Positions 1 to 11,849 of a stretch of DNA of 64,000 nucleotides are shown one piece after another. The stretch is from NCBI GenBank assembly GCA_951406725.2, contig OX597817.1, forward strand, positions 68,262,001 through 68,326,000. The letters are read 5' to 3'. Source of the DNA: Octopus vulgaris. Taxonomy: Eukaryota. Below the pieces are notes generated by a model. The model was not told the origin of the DNA and searched no databases. It worked only from the letters and a program-made list of their open reading frames with translations. The stretch's first letter is position 1, and every line of letters begins with the position of its first letter. A program made the translations under genes and the position numbers.

Positions 1-54
<54 letters not shown>

Positions 55-360
55 GCACACACACATATATTCTCCCTTCACTTATAACGTATGAGGATCC
101 GACAACCTACACTTTGTCAGTAACAATGGTTATGCTGAATGTGACATTTCAGTCCCGCCACCGATTGGCAAAGAAGCCCGCAGACGTTGCAAATATGAGG
201 AGTGCACAAGGTATATTTTCAGCCGTTTCTCTTTTTGCCTTACACCTTTTAATCTATTAATGCTGGTAGAAGCAGAGGCTCTTACACCATTTTGACTGGA
301 CAATCGCTGATTTATTCACTCCAAGGCAGTTTGTTCAAAGGTGTTGTAAGCTATATATTA

Positions 361-600
361 TAGTGTGGTTTAGTGGTTAGGATGTTAAACTCATGAAACT
401 AAGATTGTGGTTTCGATTCCAGGACCACGCGGAGCCTTGTGTTGTTGGGAAAAACACTTTATTTTATGTTGCTCCAGTCCGCTCAGGTGGCAAAAATGAG
501 TAATCCTGCGTAGGACTAGTTTACTGTCCAGTGGGACGATATGCTCCATAGAAACCAGGAAACCAGCTCTATGAGCCAACATGACGCAGGAAGGAATTAT
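361..600 (+). mobile_element. Degenerate tRNA-headed SINE
   Basis: A-box-like TGGTTTAGTGG and B-box-like GTTTCGATTCC, followed by a body 'aaacactttattttatgttgctccagtccgctcag' shared with the SINE at 30616. Confidence 0.6.
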
Positions 601-626
601 TATCCCTGTTTTTTATCCTGTATGTG

Positions 627-682
<56 letters not shown>

Positions 683-686
<4 letters not shown>

Positions 687-835
687 TTAATCAATGAAAT
701 TTCAACTAGATCTGAATTTCCCGTTTTATTATTTGCAATTTTTACAATTTTACAACATTGAAACAAACTACTTCTTTCATTCTTTACACAGTCATCAGGT
801 TTATGTAGTGACAGGCATGTTTCACAATTGACAAT
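683..835 (-). mobile_element. Non-autonomous Penelope-like fragment with decayed hammerhead motif (same family as 22730-23075)
   Basis: Reverse complement aligns with 22870-23075 on both sides of the motif; contains AAAC-CUGAUGA...GAAA-gaag-UA-GUUU at 764-803. Confidence 0.6.
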
Positions 836-1171
836 CTATTCTCCCATACAAAATCATACAAACTCGGATATATACATATATATTTATATATATATGTATG
901 TATATATGTATATAAGCAAAACATTGAAACACTGAGATTTGAAATCAGATGTCACTACTGTTCATAGCATCTATTGATATATATATATATCCGACAGTAA
1001 ATCGTTAATAAGTAGAGGAATTTTGAAAAAGAATGGTGATTTTAACTCACATGATTCAATTATTAAACATTTATAACTGGAATGAATAAATAAAATTGAA
1101 TACTAAATATTTATAGAATTTTGATTTACTGTCAAGTGACTTTTGGCCAACCCTGTATATATATATACATA

Positions 1172-2016
1172 TACTACATTTTTGGAGAATTCTGTCTGTT
1201 GCTGTGTTTGTGGAGTTGTTAGCTAACTCCTCCTATATCGTTTTATCGATTTTAATGAAACTTGATACGTGAGTAAAACTTATGTCTGGAAACCTCATGG
1301 CATACTCAGATTGTTTATAAAAAATCGATGATAGGACCCCTGGAAGGGATTCTTTTATATAGCCAAGGCAAATAACCTATTCATTTTCCTAAATTATTTG
1401 GTATAAATCAAATTGAGTATGTTTATTTCTTAGTATTTGAACTGTTAGTTATTTTCGCAATTTATCCAATACAACCCTTAAACAATTAAATAGCATTTTC
1501 CTAAGCAATAGATCCACTTATTTCGGTTAGTGACTTATTCCCGAATATATCAACACTAGCGCCGCTGAGGGTAATATTCACTGAGAACGCACAAAAGCCT
1601 TTTTCAGAGTTATTTACTTTGAATTGTTATTATCTCAAATCTGATTAGCCTGTTATTACGTAACATGCTTCACGATTTTAGTATACATACCTTATTAATA
1701 TTTCCTCTTAAGTTCTATATACTATGGGAACGCATTAAAGCCCTTTTCGGGGCTGTTTTATTTGAATTCTTACTATTGGGTAACTAATTTCATATTATTA
1801 TATAACTGACTTCACAATTTGGGCATTCATACCTTATTGGGAGTTCCTAAAAACAAGATCCTGTGTAAGACAGTTCGGTATTCTCTGTAAATGCACAAAA
1901 ACCGTTATAAGAGCTACATACGCCCTATTGTTGTTATTGGATTATTGAAACAATTATAAGAACGGAACCAAGGGATAAGCCCCGCTTTCCTGGGAATTAC
2001 CGGGTACGTCAGCTAG
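1172..2016 (+). mobile_element. Non-autonomous Helitron, copy 1
   Basis: Ends with a subterminal hairpin-like motif 'cctgggaattaccggg', then 'tacgtcagCTAG|t'; ~800 bp homologous to 6915-7736 in opposite orientation. Confidence 0.7.
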
Positions 2017-3302
2017 TATATATATGTGTGTGCACTTATTATTGTAAATTCTACATATGCATTACTTAAAGAAAGGAATCACACTGCAATATACTTAGGA
2101 TGGCAATAGAAAAAATAAACTTTTGCCAATGTTTTTGAAATATACAGTGATGTCCACCTAAACATACTTCTACTTTCACAGATACAGAAAAGCAGCCGTA
2201 AACAAATTATCCAACGATGTCAAGGCGTTAAAATAATGCATCAAATAGAAAATCGTTCAATGATGTAAGCCATAGAGAAATGAAATTTAAAATTGCATCT
2301 TATGTTGTGCTAAGAACAATTTAATACTTATGATGAATTTTGATAATTCGGTATGACTATCTGTATGTCAGATAAAAGATATTCAATAAATGCAGACACT
2401 TTCTGCTACATAAATAAATTCACCAGAACCTTACCAGAATGTTGGTATTAACCAAATACCTATTTATGCATGATAAACACTTATTTATTTATTATAATTT
2501 TTTGCATGTTACCTCTAATTCTAACTGTATTTTGCCATATTAAGACTTAGAATATGTGACTTATAATACCTTCAATGTATCTTCGTGTGAGATTTTTAAA
2601 TTGTCGATGGAAGGGAGAGATAGGTATATACTTTTTGAATAAACATCCTTTCACTATAATATTAGTCAGCTCACAAGAATTAACACTCAAGAAATCTATA
2701 ACAATTAGCAAGAGTTAATTATTAGCCGTTTTCTGAAAGCATAAGTAAACAGTTGAGATTATTATTTCAAATCTTTCCAAAGTTTTACTTAACGTTTTCA
2801 ACAATAGGCGTAGTTGGATTATTCTTTGGAATACGAAACTTTTAAGCCATGGACAATTAAAGTTGGGTTTGTACATTACATATCGACATTAAAATGATGA
2901 AAACCAAAGTTGACCTCGACAAGATTTTAACTCAGAAAGCAGAGTACCGAAACAAATATCGAAAGCTTCCTTTCTGATGCATTAACAATTTTCTCTCTCT
3001 TTCTACTTCTCTTCCACACATATATTCTCCCTTTCTTTCTACCTTTCTTCCATCTTCTCTCTCTCTCTCCACACACAACCACGCATACGCAGACAGGAAT
3101 ACACACACACATATGTATACGTACATACATATATTAATGCACTCATAAATATACAACGCACACACACATCTATATATGCTTCTATGGATGAAAGTCAACT
3201 AAATAATGTGTATGATGCTGGTTGTTAATGAATTGCATATATTCATACATGTATACATGTACACACACACACACATGCCTGTATTCTTTTATTGTTTTAT
3301 TC

Positions 3303-3502
3303 TTTACTTGTTTCAGTCATTTGACTGCAGCCATGCTGGTGCACCGCCTTTAGGCGAACAAATCGATCCCAGGACTTATTATTTGTAAGCCTAGTACTTA
3401 TTTTAACTGGCTCTTTTGCCGAACCGCTAAGTTAGTTACGGGGACGTAATCACACCAGAATCGGTTGTCAAGCGATGGTGGGGGGACAAACACAGACACA
3501 CA

Positions 3503-3550
<48 letters not shown>

Positions 3551-3738
3551 CACACACATATATATATATATACATAAATATGACAGGCTTCTTTCAGTTT
3601 TCGCCTACGAAATCCACTGACAAGGGTTTGGTCGGCCTGAGGTTGTGGTAGAAGACGCTTCCCCGAGGTGCCATGCAGTGGGATTGAATCCGAAACCATG
3701 TGATTGAGAAGCAAGCTTCTTACCATACAGCCATGCCT
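3303..3738 (-). mobile_element. SINE family A, near full length
   Basis: Matches 18351-18750 across the tRNA-like head, the internal (TA)/(TG) microsatellite and the 3' 'cagcatggctgcagtcaaatgactgaaacaag' tail. Confidence 0.85.
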
Positions 3739-4053
3739 ATTCATTTATTTATATAAATCTTGTTAAATCTTATTTTTGTGAAGTCTGTATTGAGTGTTAT
3801 TCTTTTAAAGTCCGGTTTTTTATGCATATAATATGAAACACTGATTTTAACTATATACATATATATATATAAATCCATATCCACAGACTCAGACAAACAC
3901 AGAAACACACCGAGTTTCACAAACAAACACACACATGTATTTATATACTATGTGCTAAAGCTTGTCCCTCTTGTTTTGTCATTTTACTTTTTCTTTCACT
4001 TATTGTTCGTCACAATATCTGTACAATACACACACATACGTATACAAACATAT

Positions 4054-4109
<56 letters not shown>

Positions 4110-4768
4110 GTAAACACAAGAGAAAGAGAGAGAAAGCGAGAGAGAGAGATTGTGAGTGTTGTATTGTTAGGGAAAATAATAGACTAATGTTTTTGAAGGA
4201 ATTGAGAGACAGACATCTAAAGTGAATTAAAGGAAGAGGTTGAGGGACAGAATGAAAAAAAAATGGAAAGAAATAATGAATGATTTGGAAATGGAGAAAG
4301 AAAGAAAGAAAGAAAGGAAGAAAGAGAGTGAGTGTATGAGGAAGTTGAAAGAAAATCAAAACGGCAAAAATGTTGAGAAATGAGAGTGAAGTCGATAGAG
4401 CAAAGCAAGTGACGCATGAAAGTATGAGAGTGAACCAATGGCAAAGGTCGAATAATGTCACGTACTGTTTCTAACTATTTACTATAAGACATGCGACAGA
4501 ATTGATTATCTTTGAAAAAACTTCATTTTTTTTTCCTTCTAATTTTTTGCTTTTTTTTGCGATTACAACTTTACTACTATACTACAAATATTCAATGGCA
4601 ATTATATTGATTTAATACTTGAAATAATACAGGGCTACCACAGCTATTTCACATAATGCGTACCTAGCTTCAGAATGTACTCCTAAAATTAGTAATTTTT
4701 TTGAGATATCAAAAATGAAATATGGTCAATATTATAGCATTAATCAAATATGTCACCTATTCCACAGT

Positions 4769-4786
4769 CTATCTATCTATCTATCA

Positions 4787-4854
<68 letters not shown>

Positions 4855-4860
4855 GTCTAT
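4769..4860. repeat. (TCTA)n microsatellite
   Basis: Direct reading. Confidence 0.95.
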
Positions 4861-5019
4861 CATTACAGATACATTCAAATTAATATCATATCACAAATAT
4901 ATACTTATATATATATGTATATAAATTCACAAACAAACACATCTACAAACACAAATATATATGTAAATATATACGTATATATGTATAAGTATGTATACAT
5001 ACATATACATACGTAGATA

Positions 5020-5100
<81 letters not shown>

Positions 5101-5113
5101 GTCTGTCTGTCTT

Positions 5114-5146
<33 letters not shown>

Positions 5147-5155
5147 ATATGTATG

Positions 5156-5187
<32 letters not shown>

Positions 5188-6247
5188 CACATGCACACAC
5201 ATACACATACATACACACATATATCGAACATAGCAGCGTGGAATAAAACATATTTGTGTAAAGTCATATTTAACATGCTCGAGTACATTCGGGCGTGAGA
5301 AGACCTTCCACAGTGGAAAATAGTCCCAAGAGAAAATTTTCCTCCTTGTCAAGATGTATGAAAACACATCGGGCTGTGAATGACGTCAGCAGATCCTAAG
5401 ACGCATTCGTTTATGCATTCTTTTGTGTCATTCACATCCCGAATGAATTCTTATCAGGCGATACGACACGAATATTCCTACATCAGCACATCATTTTCAC
5501 CCTAACATTATTTTGTTGGAAGTTTCCTGTAATGTTATTCCCGCGAAAATCCTGTTACTAAACCATAAAATTACATCTCAAATGTATTGTGGCCAACTCA
5601 GCTGATTGAATGAAAAAAAAAAAAACCCAAAAAACAAGGAAGAACAGTGGCTCTTTGTTTCATTAACCTGATGTTTTCTATCATGTTAACGTGAGCCCAC
5701 ATACATGCAAGGATGTTGACTGGGAAAAACTTTAACATCCCTCGTATTTTCCTGATATTGTACATTCTGGTAACCAGACATTTGAAAACTTTTCATTAGT
5801 GAGCATTATGATTTATTGGACGCTCTAAAATTGGATACAAATGATATTTTTGATCGCAATAATCTCCGTTTCCGTAAAACTGGTTTCAGGAAGCTTTCAG
5901 AACATTGACAGTACGTTACTGATTCAACTGGAGAATATACGCTTGATTAAATTAGCTGTATATAAATACATTTATAAAGTAAGAAGACGGAACGAACAGG
6001 CTTCAATTACAAATCACAACTAATATTTCTGTGTAGAGGTAAAAGGTGTTAGTTGCTGAGTTTTCCTTACATTACTATTTCATAAATTATTTTATAAATA
6101 ATTACAAAGATATGATTCACCAGCAGCTGTGTACCGGCACTTCGTCAGGGGAGTGGCCTTGGTAGCACTACGCCTTTGCATATCCAGCATTTTTACCTCA
6201 CCACGTAGCTTATAGACTGAAGGTAACATAGGTTATCACAATACCAA

Positions 6248-6375
<128 letters not shown>

Positions 6376-6457
6376 TTATACATATGCTGAGATAGGAGCG
6401 ACAGAGGCACATATAGTTACCTTTTCGTCCACCAACGTAACATATAAGTGGTGTACA

Positions 6458-6495
<38 letters not shown>

Positions 6496-6695
6496 GAGAA
6501 ATAAGCATACAAGCCTATATATGTGTTTGTGTGTGTGTGTGTGTGTGTAAAAGGGTTGAATTAGATTCGTCATTTAATTTGGAGCTTTCCAAAAAAAGAT
6601 TTCTAATAAAGATTCTTCATATTTTGCAGGTAGCTTACTGGCATAAGTTTGTGAATATGGAAATAATACTTGTATATGGTGTCCTGTGAATTTAT

Positions 6696-6846
6696 GGAAA
6701 TCTCATGGCATACTCAGATTGTTGAAAAAATTGATAACAGGGCCCCTGGAAGGGATCCTTATATATATCTAATATATTTCATTATAACACCCGAGTGAAA
6801 TAGCCCATTCGCCTAGATTTTAAAAACCAAGGGAAATAACCTATTC
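6696..6846 (+). mobile_element. Internal fragment of the same non-autonomous Helitron family
   Basis: 'ggaaatctcatggcatactcagattgtt...ggcccctggaagggatc...gggaaataacctattc' matches 1288-1382 directly and ~7520-7650 in reverse. Confidence 0.7.
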
Positions 6847-6914
6847 GATAGGATAAGTCCTGGGGACGATTTGTTCGACTAAAGGCGGTGCATACGTACG
6901 CATGTATGTATGCA

Positions 6915-7735
6915 CTACCTGACGTACCCAGTAATTCCCGGGAAAGCGGGGCTTTCCCTTGGTTCCGTTCTCATAATTGTTTCACTTATCCAATAACAAC
7001 AGTACAAAGTATGTAACTCTTATAACGGTTTTTGTGCATTTACAGAGAATACCGAACTGTCTTACACAGGATCTTGTTTTAGGAATTCCCGCAGTCAGTT
7101 ATGCAATAACATGAAATTAGCTACCCGATAGTAAGAATTCAAATAAAGTAGCCCCGAAAAGGGCTTTAATGCGTTCACAGAGCATATAGAACTTAGGAGG
7201 AAATACTAATATGGTATGTATATTCAAATTGTGAAGCATGTTGCGTAATAACAGGCTAATCAGATTTGAGATAATAACAGTTCAAAGTAAATAACTCTAA
7301 AGAGGGTTTTGTGCGTTCCCAGAGAATATTCCCCACAGGGGCGCTAGTGTTGGTATATTCATGAATAAGTCACTAACCGAAATAAGTGGATCTGTTGTTT
7401 ATGAAAATGCTATTTACTTGTTTAAGGGTTGTACTGGATAAATTGCGAAAATAACTCTAACAGTTCAAATAATAAGAAATAAGCATACTCAATTTGATTT
7501 ATATCAAATGATTTAGGAAAACGAATGGGTTATTTCCCTTGACTGTTAAAATCTGGGCGAATGGATTATTTCCCTGGGATGTTAAAATGAAATATATTAG
7601 ATATATATAAAGATCCCTTCCAGGGGCCCTGCTATCGACTTTTTCAAAAAAGAAAATCGATAAAACGATATAGGAGGAGTTAGATAACAAATCCACAAAC
7701 ACACCCACAGACAGAATTTCCCACATATATAGTAG

Positions 7736-7736
<1 letters not shown>
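6915..7736 (-). mobile_element. Non-autonomous Helitron, copy 2
   Basis: Minus-strand 5' end 'a|TCtactatatatgtgggaaattctgtctgt'; 3' end 'cccgggaattactgggtacgtcagGTAG|t'; inserted between A and T with no TSD. Confidence 0.72.
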
Positions 7737-7766
<30 letters not shown>

Positions 7767-7860
7767 TGTATGTATGTATGTATGTATGTATGTATGTATG
7801 TATGTATGTATACATTTCTATGCATCTCTATCCATAATTTATGTGGCGGAAATACAGAGT

Positions 7861-7910
7861 GTCTTGTGTGACATCGAGATTTCGCCGATACCGGCTCGTC
7901 AGACAGAGAC
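7861..7910 (-). ncRNA. Type I hammerhead ribozyme motif, stem III partly decayed
   Basis: GUCUcUGU-CUGACGA-GCCG(GUAU)CGGC-GAAA-UCUCGAU-GUC/ACAcaAGAC: intact core and stem II, stem I pairs, GUC cleavage triplet. Confidence 0.65.
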
Positions 7911-8329
7911 GTGAGGAAGTAATTAGTTGGTATAAATATTGTGAAAAATGGGAATAGCAAAGTTTAGGAAGGAAGCGTATGAAGGTACTGATTACTGAAA
8001 TGAAAGAAGGAGAAAGATAAATGAGTTTTAAGTAAATAAAGAAACTATGAAGATGGAAAGGAGTTGCGTGTGCGCGAGGGTGGGATAGAGGGAGAGGAAG
8101 AAAAAGACAAATACATGAACAGATACAAAGATAAACTAGAGAAGTACAGTGATATAAAAGTATACGATAAAAAAAATAAGTAGACGTTGACAAATACAAA
8201 GATAAATGGCCCAAAACGTAGGTGTAAAATCAGATTTGCATATAAACATATATACACACAAACAGAGACATCAATTTACCTATCCATCTCGATGTTCCTC
8301 TTCCTGCTCTCTCTATCTCTCCCTGTATA

Positions 8330-8369
<40 letters not shown>

Positions 8370-8511
8370 CGCACTTATATTTATATATATATAAGTATAT
8401 AAATACACACTCAGTGTGAGCGATATAGTTCTATGTATAGAAAATGAGAGATTGCAATGAGAAAATGAAAGAGATAGATAGATCGATAGATAGATACAGA
8501 GATAGATAATT

Positions 8512-8551
<40 letters not shown>

Positions 8552-8721
8552 GGAGAGGGAGAGAAAGAATTCTTTGCTCTCACAGATTTAGAAATTTTAT
8601 TGATGTACTTTTTTACGTGATTCTTCTATTCCTGAAAAAATTTAGAAGAGTGTTATATCTATTTCTATATCTATATCTATATATCTCTCTGTATATATCT
8701 ATTTATCTATATATAAGTATG

Positions 8722-8800
<79 letters not shown>

Positions 8801-9064
8801 TGTATATATCACAAGGGTGGGAATGATTAAAAGAAGCTTAAACATTTACAGATACTGAAGAAAAGCGACCGTGAGTGAATCATAACGAAATATGTATGCT
8901 TCAAACACGTTCCATAGTATAATAGGCATACCTGCATACACACAGATGAGTATACAGATATACACAGGCACACGAATGTACATACATACACGCACAGACC
9001 CACGCGCGCAAACACTCACACTAACACCACTCACACATACACTCACACACATCTTGTTATAATG

Positions 9065-9220
9065 AACAGACTGCGGCCATGGTGAGACACCGTCTTGAAC
9101 AGTTTTACTCGCACGAATCGACCCCTTTGCTTATTGTTCTTTAAAGCCTGGTACTTATTCCATCGATCTTTTTTGCAGACGTGCTAAGACGTAAACACAC
9201 CTCTACCGATTGGTGGAGAT

Positions 9221-9262
<42 letters not shown>

Positions 9263-9552
9263 TGTATACGCACATGTATGAGTGTGCATGTATATATATA
9301 AATATGTATACACACACCTATGTATGTGTGTATGTATGTATGTATGTATGTATGTATGGATGTATGTATGTATGTATGTATGTATGTATGTATGTATGTA
9401 TGTATGTATGTATGTATGTATGGAAGTCTATACATCTATATCCATTTGCAAGGCTTTAATCAGCCCGAACCTATAGTAGCAGATAGTTGCCCAAGGTGCG
9501 ATATAGTGGAATTGAACCCATTGTGGTTGTAATGCAAACGAGTAAACTTCTT
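9065..9552 (-). mobile_element. SINE family A, degenerate, interrupted by the RTE fragment
   Basis: 3' half at 9065-9225, expanded internal microsatellite, 5' part at 9462-9552; head remainder at ~10137-10166. Confidence 0.6.
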
Positions 9553-9562
9553 ATCTCTTTCG

Positions 9563-10108
9563 TGCACTCCAGAAATAAGAGGGCGGATAGTACTAGTACT
9601 AGGCAGAGAGGCAATGGTCAGCATGAGCAGGGTCTGGAAGAATAGAGACATCAGACTCGCTACCAAATGCAGATTGGTAAATGCAATTGTCTTCTCAATA
9701 GCAACATATGGATGCGAGACCTGGACACTAAAGAAAGCTGACCAGAAGAGAATTAATGCATTCGAGCTTTGGTGTTGGAGAAGACTTTTACGAATTCCAT
9801 GGACAGCGAGGCTCACCAATGGAGAAGTTCTTAAGCAGATCAAGCCGAAAATGTCGCTAGAAGCTAGGATCACCATGCATAGATTGGCATATTTCGGTCA
9901 AATTATGCGGAGACAATCCCTGGAGAAGGACATTATACTCGGAATGGTCAGTGGCAAGAGAAGAAGAGGCCGACCAAGAACCCGCTGGCTTGACACCATC
10001 AAGAGTGATACCGGAATGGACAATCTGAAAGAAGCGGCCCAGGATAGAACTGACTGGAGGACACTGATCCATGGAGTAACCGAGAGTCGACTTCGACTGA
10101 GCGGATAG
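9563..10108 (+). mobile_element. RTE-clade (BovB-like) LINE, 5'-truncated; C-terminus of the RT ORF
   Basis: Open frame ...YGCETWTLKKADQKRINAFELWCWRRLLRIPWTAR...[16 protein letters not shown]...[14 protein letters not shown]...[17 protein letters not shown], the characteristic RTE/BovB C-terminus. Confidence 0.92.
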
Positions 10109-10163
10109 GTAGATAGAACGTTTCTTCTTTCTTGTCACTTCTTTCCACACTGCCACGTCTGTG

Positions 10164-10223
<60 letters not shown>

Positions 10224-10274
10224 TGTATACGGATGTGTGTATGTATGAATATATATGTAAATGCATATATATGA

Positions 10275-10306
<32 letters not shown>

Positions 10307-10600
10307 GTATGTATATATGTATGTTTGTATGCATGTATATATGTATGCATATATGTATGTATGTAGATAGAGGAAGGGAGGGAGGTGGGTATGAACAGAA
10401 GCCTGTGCAGACAAATGATATAAAAATATTGGAAGATATGTATTGAAAGCGAGATAACAAAGAGGAAACGTTGTGTGTAGAAATCGTACTTCACAATGTT
10501 GAAAAATAGATAAGCAGAGACAAGCACTTACATACACGCATTCATATAAATATATATGTATGTATATATATAATGTGTGTGTGTGTGTATGAGTGTATGC

Positions 10601-10646
<46 letters not shown>

Positions 10647-11030
10647 TTGTATGTATATTCTTATATAGCTTTGAATTTATGTTTCGATCAGATAAATCTC
10701 CGTTGAATGTCCAGGGCATTTAAGATATGTCTTGGCTAAGAGGCAACTCATTGCTAACTATAGGAAATTAGATAAAATCACTGACAACGCGACTTAGCGA
10801 AAGCTCAACCGCTAAACTTAACGTTGACAACTATTTCATATAACAGCATTTAATGGAAAATTCATTAAAATAATCGAAAAACATATCATTAAATGCACAT
10901 GCATCAATGACCATGTAGATAAGAGCTTTTGCAGCGTTTCTTGAGAAATCATTCGATCACGAGGCTATCAGAGATTTTAAAAGCTCCTATTATAGTAAAT
11001 ATAGCAATTCATATATATATATATATATAT

Positions 11031-11320
11031 TGGCACTCTGTCTGTTACGACGTCGAGGGTTCCAGTTGATCCGAATCAATGGAACAGCCTGCTCATGAAA
11101 TTAACGTGTATGTGGTTTAGCACTCCATAAGCGAGCGTACTCTTAACGTAGTTCTGAGTGTGGTCCAGTGTGACTCAGAATGGGACAAGTTTTGACCTTT
11201 GAACTACAGGTACTACTCGATTTTCCCAGCTGAGTGGACTCGAACAACGTGAAATAAAGCGTTTTGCATCGCCGAGAATTAAACTCACGACCTTACGAAC
11301 GCGAGTCGAATACAGTAACC
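11031..11320 (-). mobile_element. SINE family C
   Basis: Reverse complement matches 30616-30891 ('agaactacgttaag...ggagtgct...cacgttaatttca...cgtcgtaac'). Confidence 0.8.
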
Positions 11321-11475
11321 ACTATATGTACATACGTATGTATGTATGTATGTATGTATGTATGTATGTATGTATGTATGTATGTATGTATGTATGCATG
11401 CATGTATGTATGTATGTATGTATAGATAGATAGATAGATAGATAGATAGGAACACATACATGCACACACACACAC

Positions 11476-11547
<72 letters not shown>

Positions 11548-11759
11548 TCATATATATATATATATGTAAACACCGACAGAAAAACACACAAGCATACATA
11601 TATTCATTCATGGTGTATATGTCTAATAGATCAACGCAGTAGTTGTACTGACATGTTCATAACCACTGTCTGCTGTGATTTTTTAACACACACGCACACA
11701 CGCACACACACACACGCGCGCACAAACACACACGCACACACACAGACATTCATACACAC

Positions 11760-11796
<37 letters not shown>

Positions 11797-11849
11797 AAAC
11801 AGTTTTTTGTGTGTGTTTGTGTGTGGTGCGTATGTTTCTTATGGATTCA

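Noticed and set aside
6125-6152. Minus-strand CUGACGAA-GUG(ccggua)CAC
   Set aside because: GAAA box and stem III are absent.
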